A DNA stretch of 64,000 nucleotides, from NCBI GenBank assembly GCA_018267585.1, contig JAFDYE010000482.1, positions 14,380 through 78,379 on the forward strand, in the 5' to 3' direction. Positions 17,184-26,374 of this stretch are shown one piece after another (position 1 is the first letter of the stretch; each line of letters opens with the position of its first letter). The stretch comes from Bacteroidota bacterium (GTDB lineage: Bacteria; Bacteroidota; Bacteroidia; Chitinophagales; Chitinophagaceae). A program made the translations under genes and the position numbers. Below the pieces are notes generated by a model. It saw nothing but the letters and a program-made list of their open reading frames with translations, was not told where the DNA came from and searched no databases.

Positions 17184-18113
17184 TTATTCGATGACGGGCG
17201 CGGGTTTCCATTTTGAACGGGGCTCAAAATATTCCCACAGCAGCGCAGAAACTTTCCGCGCCAGCTGCCAGGCCTCGTTGTCAGAAACCCATCGCTGGTC
17301 CTTATTGTTCTTCGTGGCGATATAGAACACGTAGTCGCCGTGAGGCGCGTTCACCAGCAGGACCTCCGACCTCGAATCGTCTACCATACCCTGTTTGGAC
17401 GCCGCCTGCACATAAGGCGGTATTGCAGAAAGCGCATATTCATTCCAGAAGACCTGCGTCATGATCCGGTACATGGTCTGGCTGGCCGCCGGACTGACGG
17501 CCCCGCCATCGCGGATGAGGGTCACCAGCCGGGCCATCTCTCTCGGCGTCGTTTGTCCCCAGCCATACAGCTGCCGGTTTGGTTCGCGACCCGGCGTCCG
17601 GTTGTTGAGCCTCGTATCTTTAAAACCATGGGCGTCCAGCCAGGCATTGATGGCCAGCCCACCCCCGGCCATTTTCTCACACCATACGGCTGAAGCATTG
17701 TCGCTGTGCGTGATCATCAGGACGATAGCGGTCTGAAGATCGGTAGGCGTGCTGTCCTTGAAGAACTGCATCAGACCCGACCCCTTCCTGGCCAGCGAAT
17801 CCCTGTATACCAACGGCTGATGATATTTATATACCCCCTGATTGATCTTGTCGAAGATGCCGACCATGATCGGGACCTTGATAATGCTGGCGGTAGGAAA
17901 AATGGTATCGGCATTGATCGCGACCTCTTTATTGGTCTTCAGATTTCGGACATAACACCCGGCGACACCGTGAAAAGAATCGATCAGCGGACGCAGCCGG
18001 GCCTCCAGCTTCTTATCGGTCCTGGCACCATCGCGCGTTAATTCGCCGGATTGTGAATAAGCTGACGGGCCGGCGAGGATAAGCCCCAGGAAAAGGATAG
18101 ATAGTCGGTACAT
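17184..18113 (-). CDS. Class A beta-lactamase-like serine hydrolase
   Basis: SxxK (TASIIK), SDN, KQG in place of KTG, TTPREMA; signal peptide. Confidence 0.8.
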   Translation of the reverse strand: MYRLSILFLGLILAGPSAYSQSGELTRDGARTDKKLEARLRPLIDSFHGVAGCYVRNLKTNKEVAINADTIFPTASIIKVPIMVGIFDKINQGVYKYHQPLVYRDSLARKGSGLMQFFKDSTPTDLQTAIVLMITHSDNASAVWCEKMAGGGLAINAWLDAHGFKDTRLNNRTPGREPNRQLYGWGQTTPREMARLVTLIRDGGAVSPAASQTMYRIMTQVFWNEYALSAIPPYVQAASKQGMVDDSRSEVLLVNAPHGDYVFYIATKNNKDQRWVSDNEAWQLARKVSALLWEYFEPRSKWKPAPVIE

Positions 18114-18186
18114 AAGACAGTTATAAAGACTAAAAATAAATATTTTTTCGTATAACCGGCCTGTCCGACTTCCTGACACCTAAAGC

Positions 18187-18882
18187 TTACAACCTCCTGC
18201 CCGCCGCCGGACCACCGTCCCGCCGGCCCGCAAACCACTGACGGATGGAAAAGATATGCAGCGTATACGCCAGCGGAACCAACACGCCCGGCAGGTAGAT
18301 CAACGGAAAATGCGCTACAAGGGATGCATCCGGCAGACCATGGAATTTCCGCAACGGCGTAGGCATAGAAAGAAAGGCAATGCTCACCACATTCACCAGC
18401 ATCAGCAGCCCGATTATATTATAGGCAAGCGCCGTCCACGACGGCCAGGCCTTCCGCACCAACGAAAAATAACCAACCGGTATCGCCAGCAGCCCCACAA
18501 GGACATCAAAATTGCGCCCCTCAAAGCTCAGCTGAACCGGCAACAAGCCGTTGCGAACCAACGCCCACAGACCGATCTCGACCAGGACCCGGAAGGACTG
18601 CCAATAAATGAACCACTGGGGCCGGACACGATAGACCAGGTACTTCCCCGTCTTCGACCGCCCAAGCAACAACACAACCGGCAGGGGAAGCAGAGGCACA
18701 AACGCCATCCGCGGAGGCAGGCTTGAAAAGTCGGCAAAAAACCCGGTCGAGGCCAATACTCCCAACCCTGTCAGCCAGGCAAGCAGCAGGAGGTATAGCA
18801 AACGAAAAATCGTCTTCTTATTAGCGGGTTCCGGCGCCCCGGACGTAACCGGAAGAGCCGGGCTGGACATAATACTGGACAT
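18187..18882 (-). CDS. Multi-pass membrane protein of unknown function
   Basis: About six hydrophobic segments; Q.FRVLVE and GRNFDVLVGL. Start uncertain (18882 or 18870). Confidence 0.7.
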   Translation of the reverse strand: MSSIMSSPALPVTSGAPEPANKKTIFRLLYLLLLAWLTGLGVLASTGFFADFSSLPPRMAFVPLLPLPVVLLLGRSKTGKYLVYRVRPQWFIYWQSFRVLVEIGLWALVRNGLLPVQLSFEGRNFDVLVGLLAIPVGYFSLVRKAWPSWTALAYNIIGLLMLVNVVSIAFLSMPTPLRKFHGLPDASLVAHFPLIYLPGVLVPLAYTLHIFSIRQWFAGRRDGGPAAGRRL

Positions 18883-19073
18883 AATAATAGTAGTATAAGA
18901 GTACAAAGTTCCGCGCGAACCACCACCCACCGGATAGCCAAAATTGCTATTTATGGACCAAATCATAACCTGTCGGAAACAGCCCCCTCGATTGCCGCTT
19001 TCACACAGCTTCAGTCCGATCAATTCAGGGTATGTTTGCACTATCAATTCGATCACACCTAAAAAAAGAAAAA

Positions 19074-19499
19074 ATGACAACGACAGCTGCAACAAAGATC
19101 ACCGTTGAGACCACCGTAAAAAAACCCGTCGAAAAAGTATGGGAATTCTGGTCGGCCCCCGAACACATCACCAAATGGAACACCGCTTCAGACGACTGGC
19201 ACACTCCCCACGCCGTCAACGACCTGCGCACCGGCGGCAAATTCTCCGCAAGAATGGAAGCCAAAGACGGCAGCTTTGGTTTTGACTTCGGTGGCGTATA
19301 CGATAACGTACAACAGTATCGGCTGATCGAATATACCCTCGGCGACGGCAGAAAGGTATCCGTCAGCTTCAATAGCAAAGACAACGAAACCCGCATAACC
19401 GAAACTTTCGAAGCAGAAGGCACGAACCCCATCGAAATGCAGAAAGGCGGCTGGCAGGCCATCCTGGATAATTTCAAGAAGTACACGGAAACGCACTGA
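19074..19499 (+). CDS. SRPBCC/AHSA1-family protein
   Basis: VEKVWEFW..PEHITKWN.ASDDWH...DLRTGGKF..RMEAKDGSFGFDF...QKGGWQAILDNFKKY; TATGTTTG promoter element upstream. Confidence 0.9.
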   Translation: MTTTAATKITVETTVKKPVEKVWEFWSAPEHITKWNTASDDWHTPHAVNDLRTGGKFSARMEAKDGSFGFDFGGVYDNVQQYRLIEYTLGDGRKVSVSFNSKDNETRITETFEAEGTNPIEMQKGGWQAILDNFKKYTETH

Positions 19500-19611
19500 C
19501 AAGCATGGCCCGGCGGTTGCTCCCGCCGGAAGGCAACAGTGACTGACCGAAGGGAAATTAGGGGTTTATACTGTTGGTGCAACCACCGAAGAACGCTACC
19601 TTAGGCTTGCT

Positions 19612-20757
19612 ATGTTATCATCCATTACCGATTCCCCGCTGCTGGAGACGATCATCTGCCTGATACTCGTCTACGCACTGCTAAGCCTGCTGGTCAGCAC
19701 GCTCACAGAGATATACAACAACTGGAAGAACGAGCGTGGCCAGATGCTGTTCGATGGCATTGTCAGAATGTTCGCCGATGGCTCAGACGTCAACTTCGGC
19801 GAACTGCTTTATAAACATCCCATGGTAGCGGCTATCTTCAAAACAGCCACCCGCCCGCCCATGTACATCAGCAATTTTATGTTCAGCCAGGCGTTGATCG
19901 ATACGATCGTCAACTACGGCAGGAAATTCATCAAAGACGAAGACACCTTCAAGCTTTTCCAGGCCGGCGTCAACAATATGAAGGCCAACAGTGACCTTAA
20001 GCTGATGCTGATCAACATGATCGAAAAGAGCGTCGCCTACAGCGGCGGCTATCCGGGAAAGGTGCTGACGATGCTGGACCAGCAGATACAGCAATGGTAT
20101 AAGGACCAGACAGACCGGATGACCGGCTGGTTCAAAGACCTCATGCGACGAAGGGTCCTGATCATCTCGATCGCCGTCACGCTGGTGCTCAACGTAAACA
20201 GCATCCATCTCTTCAAGACCATCTATACAAGCCCGACCCTGCGCAGCCAGCTGACACCCGTCGCCACACAGCTCGCCGACAACTACGCCAGGGCCAAACA
20301 GGACACGACAATCACGGCACTGCAGCAGTCCTACAGGGCGGTCGCCATGAGTCATCTGCAGAAAGGGAACGCCGATTCCGCTTTCGGCGTCCTTAACAAG
20401 GCGGTAACGGCGCTGGACAGTCTCCAGCGACACCACGATTCGGTTGGGGTCAACGACCTGCAGCAGATATCCGATCAGCTCGGAGAGCTGGCAGCCCTTC
20501 ATATCCCGATCGGCTGGCACAAAGGCGTGCCACCCCTGAGCATCGACACAGCTACGATCGACACGGCAACAAAAGATAGCGTACACGTAAAAGGCGGAAA
20601 ATGGACCAAAAAAGGATCGAACAGAGCCGTAGAGCTGTTCTGGTATGCGATCGGCCTCGCCATCACAGCCTTCTCGATCAGCGCCGGCGCACCGTTCTGG
20701 TTCGACATGCTGCTCAAGCTGGTCAACGTCCGTCGGTCAGGGAAAAAACCAGAGTAA
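19612..20757 (+). CDS. Conserved hypothetical membrane protein (GAPFWFD-type)
   Basis: N-terminal TM LETIICLILVYALLSLLVSTLTE, central TM, and C-terminal GLAITAFSISAGAPFWFDML. Confidence 0.75.
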   Translation: MLSSITDSPLLETIICLILVYALLSLLVSTLTEIYNNWKNERGQMLFDGIVRMFADGSDVNFGELLYKHPMVAAIFKTATRPPMYISNFMFSQALIDTIVNYGRKFIKDEDTFKLFQAGVNNMKANSDLKLMLINMIEKSVAYSGGYPGKVLTMLDQQIQQWYKDQTDRMTGWFKDLMRRRVLIISIAVTLVLNVNSIHLFKTIYTSPTLRSQLTPVATQLADNYARAKQDTTITALQQSYRAVAMSHLQKGNADSAFGVLNKAVTALDSLQRHHDSVGVNDLQQISDQLGELAALHIPIGWHKGVPPLSIDTATIDTATKDSVHVKGGKWTKKGSNRAVELFWYAIGLAITAFSISAGAPFWFDMLLKLVNVRRSGKKPE

Positions 20758-20794
20758 ATCCGACAGGTCTTCGCAAAATGTTATCCACCGATAC

Positions 20795-20824
20795 GCAAAA
20801 TCCCGGGCAAGCCCGGGATTTTGC
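20795..20824. terminator. Bidirectional intrinsic terminator
   Basis: Perfect 14-bp inverted repeat gcaaaatcccgggc-aa-gcccgggattttgc between convergent genes. Confidence 0.8.
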
Positions 20825-20860
20825 TATACGAGACTGTCAGAATAATTGACGAGAGCTAGC

Positions 20861-23527
20861 CTATTGCAGACTCGACCCGGCATCACCCATACCCTGCGAG
20901 TTCATATCCTTCCGCTTGAAAATGTTCAGGTCCATTTTGCCAAACCGGTAGGTGAATACCGCACGGAAAAGCTGGGGATCCTTGAGACGGTCATACTCCT
21001 GCGCAAAATAAGGACTCGAACTGTACTGTTTCGACCAGCGGGTGCGGAACACGTCGCTCATATTCAGTGTGATAGATGCAGCATTGTTCTTCAGGAAGCT
21101 CTTTTTGACGGCAATGTCGACACCGCCGAAAGGCCGGATAAATCCCTGAGCAGCGCTCTGTTGCGTTTGCCCCGGAGGACCGAACTGCTGTGGTTGCTGG
21201 TTGGCAGGAATATTTGTCTTGGACTGATAGACCGCCGTCAGCTGAATGGTAATATTCTCAGGCAACTTAAAATTACTGTTGAACTTTCCAAACCAGCTCC
21301 ACAACGCATCCTGGGACACCTGCTTCAGGTTCTCCGTATTGATATGCGAGTTATAGACGTTGATATTCAACGAAACATCCCACCAGCGGGTAATGGTATT
21401 GGTGGAAGTGACCTCACCGCCCACCGTATACGAGCTGTTGGCATTCTCGTACGTGTTGATCAGGATCGGCTTGGCGACGGGGCTTAGACCGCTGTCCTGG
21501 TAACGGGTAATGAGATTCGAAGTATATTTATAGTACCCGGACACCAACAATGTATTGCTGTGCGGAAAGGTCTTCATATACGAAAGTTCGAAAGAATTGG
21601 TAAACTCCGGTACGAGGTTGGGATTACCGCGCGTAATATTCAGCGTGTCCGAATAATCCGTAAAGGGCGCCAGCTGGAAGAATCCTGGCCGGTTGATCTT
21701 ACGAGTCCCGCTCAGTTGCAATTCCTGGTTATTCTTGAGTTTCTCGCTCAGGAACACCGAAGGGAAAAGGCTGGTCGGATAGGAATTGTGGAAATGCTGA
21801 CCCGTATTAAGTACATCCCCCGTATAGTTCGAACTTTCCCCCCTAAGACCCAGCGCATAACTGAAGTTGCCAAAGCCGCTGGTCAGATTTACATAAGCCG
21901 CATAGACATCATTGGTGCTGCTGTAGTCCGTAAGGCCGTACTTCGTAGGCTGCTCCTGACCGCTGGCATCAACGGGAAAGGTGTTGTTATAGTTGCTCAG
22001 CTTCTGTATGGAGGCGCGAAGACCGGCTTCTAATTTGGTCTTTGGAGTCAGCGGATTGGTATAATCTGTCTGAAAGGTCCAGAACGACGGCTTGGCCGAT
22101 CCGAGAGTTCTCTGCAACGAAGTTCCTTTGAAAGACGAGTGCTGCTGGTCCGCAAAATAATTGGTCGTATAGTCCGTATTCGCCTCACCCTTGACTCCGA
22201 AATACGAGCCGTCGGCCGTGATCTGATGACCATCTTTCGCGAACGAATGCTTCATGCCAAACTGTGCGCCGTTGACGTCAAAGGTCCTGTCGGCAAGGCT
22301 GTTGCGAACGGAATAAACGGCCGAATCGTACTGGTTCGCAAGGTAGTCCGTCCGGATAACAGACGCATCGGTCGGTTTGAAATTACCGTGCACCTTGATA
22401 TACGAACCGGAGAACGTAGTCTTATTGCTCACGAACCAGTCCACACCGATCTGCCCGAACATAAAATGCCCCTTGTTCCGCTGAAGGTCGTCCTGCACCA
22501 GGTGGGTAGTCGTATCAGACAGGTAGGTCGAACGGTCGGTATTACCGATGGTTCTGTTGTTCATAGCATTATACATCCCGTTGGCGGTGAAGTTCACCTT
22601 GCCGCTGCGAAGATTGAACCCGGCAAGCACATTGGGCTGACCATGTGAATCTATCCCGGCATTGATGTTACCATTATAGCCCTGCTTCCTGTTCTTCTTC
22701 AGGATAATATTCAGAATGCCGGACCCGCCACCCGAAGCATCATACTTCGCCGAAGGATTCGTCATCACTTCCACGCTCTCGATGGCATCAGCAGGTATCT
22801 GATCAAGCGACAACGTCGTCGGACGCCCGTCCACAAAGATAGTAGGGCTCGCGCCGCGAAGACTGACATTCCCATCGATGTCCACATTGACGGAAGGCAC
22901 GTTCCGCATTACGTCTACCGCCGTTCCGCCGGTGCTGACTATGTTCTTGTCTACGTTGAACACCTTTTTATCCAGCTCGAGCTTCATCGCAGGCGCACTC
23001 GCCTTTACGACAACAGAGCCCAGCTCCTTAATGTCACTCGCGAGCTTGATCGCACCCAGGTCCTTTTCAAATGAGGGGAGATTGCCCATCGGGTTGTTGC
23101 CCTGAGCGCCGGGCTTATCAGCCGCCTGCTGGGGAACGATCATGACATTCACGTCCTGATTCTTGTACCCCGTCGCAGAGATACGCGCGACCATCGGTGT
23201 AACGATCGGAAGGTCTTCGAAGTCGAACTCGCCGTTGGCCTTCGTCTCCGTACCCTTCAGCAAAATAAGTTTCCTTTTCTTGGTAGCAGGATCCATCGTC
23301 GCCTTTAATAATATAACAGAGGCCTGCGCCATCGGCTGACCGGCAGAATCCGTCACCTTTCCAAAAGCGCGACCGATAGTAGGAGGAGCTTGCGGCGCGC
23401 CAGGCCTGGCGCCCGGTGCACCCTGCGCAGGAGCCTGACCACCGGCAGGCTTCTGCCCCGCAGGAGGCTGGGCAACAGCCGCACTCATTAGGATAAGAGA
23501 GAAGATAAAAGCAGATAGTGTTTTCAT
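20861..23527 (-). CDS. Outer-membrane beta-barrel / TonB-dependent-receptor-like protein
   Basis: Signal peptide with Pro/Gln/Ala linker; DKKVFNV, VMRNVPSVNVDIDGNVSLRG, IPADAIESVEVMTNPSAKYDASG; C-terminal FTYRFGK. Confidence 0.88.
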   Translation of the reverse strand: MKTLSAFIFSLILMSAAVAQPPAGQKPAGGQAPAQGAPGARPGAPQAPPTIGRAFGKVTDSAGQPMAQASVILLKATMDPATKKRKLILLKGTETKANGEFDFEDLPIVTPMVARISATGYKNQDVNVMIVPQQAADKPGAQGNNPMGNLPSFEKDLGAIKLASDIKELGSVVVKASAPAMKLELDKKVFNVDKNIVSTGGTAVDVMRNVPSVNVDIDGNVSLRGASPTIFVDGRPTTLSLDQIPADAIESVEVMTNPSAKYDASGGGSGILNIILKKNRKQGYNGNINAGIDSHGQPNVLAGFNLRSGKVNFTANGMYNAMNNRTIGNTDRSTYLSDTTTHLVQDDLQRNKGHFMFGQIGVDWFVSNKTTFSGSYIKVHGNFKPTDASVIRTDYLANQYDSAVYSVRNSLADRTFDVNGAQFGMKHSFAKDGHQITADGSYFGVKGEANTDYTTNYFADQQHSSFKGTSLQRTLGSAKPSFWTFQTDYTNPLTPKTKLEAGLRASIQKLSNYNNTFPVDASGQEQPTKYGLTDYSSTNDVYAAYVNLTSGFGNFSYALGLRGESSNYTGDVLNTGQHFHNSYPTSLFPSVFLSEKLKNNQELQLSGTRKINRPGFFQLAPFTDYSDTLNITRGNPNLVPEFTNSFELSYMKTFPHSNTLLVSGYYKYTSNLITRYQDSGLSPVAKPILINTYENANSSYTVGGEVTSTNTITRWWDVSLNINVYNSHINTENLKQVSQDALWSWFGKFNSNFKLPENITIQLTAVYQSKTNIPANQQPQQFGPPGQTQQSAAQGFIRPFGGVDIAVKKSFLKNNAASITLNMSDVFRTRWSKQYSSSPYFAQEYDRLKDPQLFRAVFTYRFGKMDLNIFKRKDMNSQGMGDAGSSLQ

Positions 23528-23589
23528 CACATGTAAAATTTGAAGACAAAACTAATTTGATCAATTCAGTCCGTCTATACCAATGCTGC

Positions 23590-23623
23590 AAACGGAGCAA
23601 AAAACGCGGTAAACGGCGCAAAA
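23590..23623 (-). promoter_or_regulatory. 21-bp-period direct repeat, LytTR-box-like
   Basis: aaacggagcaaaa (23590) and aaacggcgcaaaa (23611), upstream of TAGTTTTG (23547..23554, minus strand). Confidence 0.5.
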
Positions 23624-23760
23624 CTGTCGGCAAAAAAAATGCTCGCAAAGTTCCTGTTTATTAGTTGATCAAACAGGAATTTTGTCTCTTCCGGGGATGA
23701 ATTATACCTGTGCGGATGCTATTCCGGATAAGGGGAAGCTAATGGGGATTAGTGGTAATC

Positions 23761-24303
23761 TTATTTTACACCCTTGCTGGGATCCCAGTTGCCGGCCAGT
23801 TTCCGGATATAAAGTATCTGGCCGGTGTGATAGGCATTGTGCGTGCTGATATGGGCGATAATGTCATACCAGCTTTGAAGCTTTGCGTCGTCGGCATTTT
23901 TGATCGCCGTCTCCCAGTCCTTCATGACCTGGTTGAGCTGCTCCACTGTGGACGCCCAGGTAGCCTCGTTAAAGGAAGTGAACGTCTCGTCGTTATTCCC
24001 ATCGAACGCCGACGGCTTACGACCATTGAACTTATCCAGCTCCTGCCGGTTCCAGAACAGCAAATGATAAGCAAGCTGCCCTACGGAGTGAGAAGAATCC
24101 GAAGGCTTCCACATCGCCTGCTGCGCAGTAAGGCCCTCGACAGCCTTGCTGACCGGTACAAACCAGTCCTGCTGATTCCAGGTATTCTGCAACTGATGGA
24201 GCAGGATCGATTTCAACGTGGGAGGCGTCTTTGCCTGCTGAGCCCTCACCGGCGCGCCGGCCAGCAAAAGACCGGTGAATACAAACAAGGTTAGCTTACG
24301 CAT
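23761..24303 (-). CDS. DinB-family protein, exported
   Basis: Signal peptide; HSVGQLAYHLLFW and HNAYHTGQI His triad. Confidence 0.88.
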   Translation of the reverse strand: MRKLTLFVFTGLLLAGAPVRAQQAKTPPTLKSILLHQLQNTWNQQDWFVPVSKAVEGLTAQQAMWKPSDSSHSVGQLAYHLLFWNRQELDKFNGRKPSAFDGNNDETFTSFNEATWASTVEQLNQVMKDWETAIKNADDAKLQSWYDIIAHISTHNAYHTGQILYIRKLAGNWDPSKGVK

Positions 24304-24321
24304 AAGAAAAATTTATATTTT

Positions 24322-26235
24322 TTAATAAACATGCCTGCCCTGGTCGATGCGACGCGACAATTCGTCCTTCCTTATATTCACCTGCTGTCCGACAGGGCGA
24401 CCATTCCTATAAGTAATTACATTTAGCTGCGCGGCGCCTAGCGGAAATCTTACCGGTGTGCCATTATACCTGGTGCTATAGAGGTCCGGATTCGTGTCGT
24501 CAAAAGTATAATAAATATCCAGCCCGCTGATCTCCGTGGTCATATCGACCGTAAGGTCCCTGTCCGGCGTACGCTTGGGGCTAAAGATGACATTAAATGA
24601 GCTGCGTGCATATTTGACGCCGGCCGCATCAAGATAATGGAACTCTTCTTCCATGCGGCGGGTAAAATCATCCCAGTTGCGCGCCTGCCTTGGACTCCAG
24701 TACACCTCGGAAAGAGCAAGCGCCCGTGGCCAGGTCATATACTCCACCTGCCGGAAGGTAGGCACCGACTCGGTCCAAAGATTACCCTGTCCGCCAAGAA
24801 TAAGCTTTTCATCCACACTGTCCGGCACCGGATCATAGTTATAGGAATCTCTCAGCCGGCACATCCCATACGTCGGCGGCTCGACCGTATTCTCGCCCTG
24901 GTACAGATCGAGATACGTAAAGTCCCAGGGAGTCATCACGACCTTATGCCCCATCCGCGCCGCAGTAACACCGCCGGACATTCCCTTCCAGCTCATGACC
25001 GTCGCCTCAGGCGCCAGACCGCCTTCGAGGATCTCGTCCCAACCGATCAGCTTCTTACCCTTCGAATTAAGCATCTTCTCCATGCGCTTGACAAAATAAC
25101 TCTGCAATTCCTCGACATTCTTCAAATGCTCGTCGGCCATACGCCGCTGGCATTTCGGACAGGTCGCCCAAAAACCTTTATAGGCCTCGTCACCGCCGAT
25201 ATGCATGTACTCGCAGGGAAAAAGCGCGGCCAGCTCGCTAAATATTTTATCCAGGACCAGGAACACCGAGTCATTGCCGATACAGAGCGCATTGTCTTCA
25301 CGGACCGGACCGCGCGAACCAGGGTTCACACTATACGGCAGCTGCGTACAGGAAAGATCATTGTAGGAGGATATCAGGGCAAGACTGTGCGCCGGCACGT
25401 CGATCTCCGGAAGAATGGTCACATACCGGCTTTGCGCATATCGAATGATCTCGCGCATATCGTCCTGGGTATAGTAACCACCATAGGGAGTAGGCTCACC
25501 CGCCAGCGAAGGCAGGAATTCGCCCCAGCGACCGGTTCTGGACACACGCCAGGCCCCGTGCCGGGTCAGCTGCGGCAGGCTCTTGATCTCGATGCGCCAT
25601 CCCTGGTCATCGCTGAGATGAAGATGAAGTGTATTGTATTTATAACGGACCATCTCGTCGATATACCGCATCACTTCCTCCTTCGTAAAGAAATGACGGC
25701 TTACATCAAGCATGAGCCCCCTCCAGCCAAATCGGGGATAGTCCATTATTTCCACACAGGGGATCGCGATCTTTGAGCTGCGGCCCGGAACTACCGTCCC
25801 GTCCGGTCTCGTCATAAAATCGGGCGGCAACAGCTGCAGCAAGGTCTGCAGCCCATAAAAGACGCCCGCCCCGTCATTTGCCCGAAGAACGATACGCGAA
25901 GGACTGACAGCAAGCGCGTAGCCTTCCTTTCCAAGCATGTTCCTATCAGACATCATTGCGATCTGTATTCCCTTTCCACCCTTCCCCCGGCGTATCCGGA
26001 TGCCCGTACGGACTGCCAGCTGGTCCACAAACCAGGCTGAAGCCTGATCGAAACCGGCTCCCTCAATGGACAATTCAGCAGACCTGTCAAGATTAAAAAC
26101 GCCGGACTGCTGCTTGACGGATACAGGCTGTGGAATAAGATGTAGTGAGGGTTCAGGCGCAGGATTCGCTTTCGTAGAAAAGTCGCCGGATAACAGAAAG
26201 GCCAAAATAAGGAGGGCCGCAGATAGTCTTTGCAT
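24322..26235 (-). CDS. Beta-N-acetylhexosaminidase (GH20)
   Basis: RFGWRGLMLDVSRHF, HLHLSDDQGWR, PEIDVPAH, HIGGDE, IGWDE, LGGQGNLWTE. Confidence 0.93.
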   Translation of the reverse strand: MQRLSAALLILAFLLSGDFSTKANPAPEPSLHLIPQPVSVKQQSGVFNLDRSAELSIEGAGFDQASAWFVDQLAVRTGIRIRRGKGGKGIQIAMMSDRNMLGKEGYALAVSPSRIVLRANDGAGVFYGLQTLLQLLPPDFMTRPDGTVVPGRSSKIAIPCVEIMDYPRFGWRGLMLDVSRHFFTKEEVMRYIDEMVRYKYNTLHLHLSDDQGWRIEIKSLPQLTRHGAWRVSRTGRWGEFLPSLAGEPTPYGGYYTQDDMREIIRYAQSRYVTILPEIDVPAHSLALISSYNDLSCTQLPYSVNPGSRGPVREDNALCIGNDSVFLVLDKIFSELAALFPCEYMHIGGDEAYKGFWATCPKCQRRMADEHLKNVEELQSYFVKRMEKMLNSKGKKLIGWDEILEGGLAPEATVMSWKGMSGGVTAARMGHKVVMTPWDFTYLDLYQGENTVEPPTYGMCRLRDSYNYDPVPDSVDEKLILGGQGNLWTESVPTFRQVEYMTWPRALALSEVYWSPRQARNWDDFTRRMEEEFHYLDAAGVKYARSSFNVIFSPKRTPDRDLTVDMTTEISGLDIYYTFDDTNPDLYSTRYNGTPVRFPLGAAQLNVITYRNGRPVGQQVNIRKDELSRRIDQGRHVY

Positions 26236-26374
26236 AGACAGGCAAAATACACAATTGACGACGGAAATGAACACCGTTCGTATCAAAAGCGGACAACGCT
26301 ATGACAAAAAAACACATACATCGTTGATTATTAATCGTATACTAGTCCGGCATCGTTTTTATTGTACCCATGGC

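Noticed and set aside
17184-18113. Antibiotic-resistance beta-lactamase
   Set aside because: KQG instead of KTG and no recognisable omega-loop glutamate, so resistance cannot be inferred.
18859-18900. 12-bp tandem ggacataatact/ggacataataat
   Set aside because: A two-copy micro-duplication giving alternative starts (MSSI-MSS). No further significance evident.
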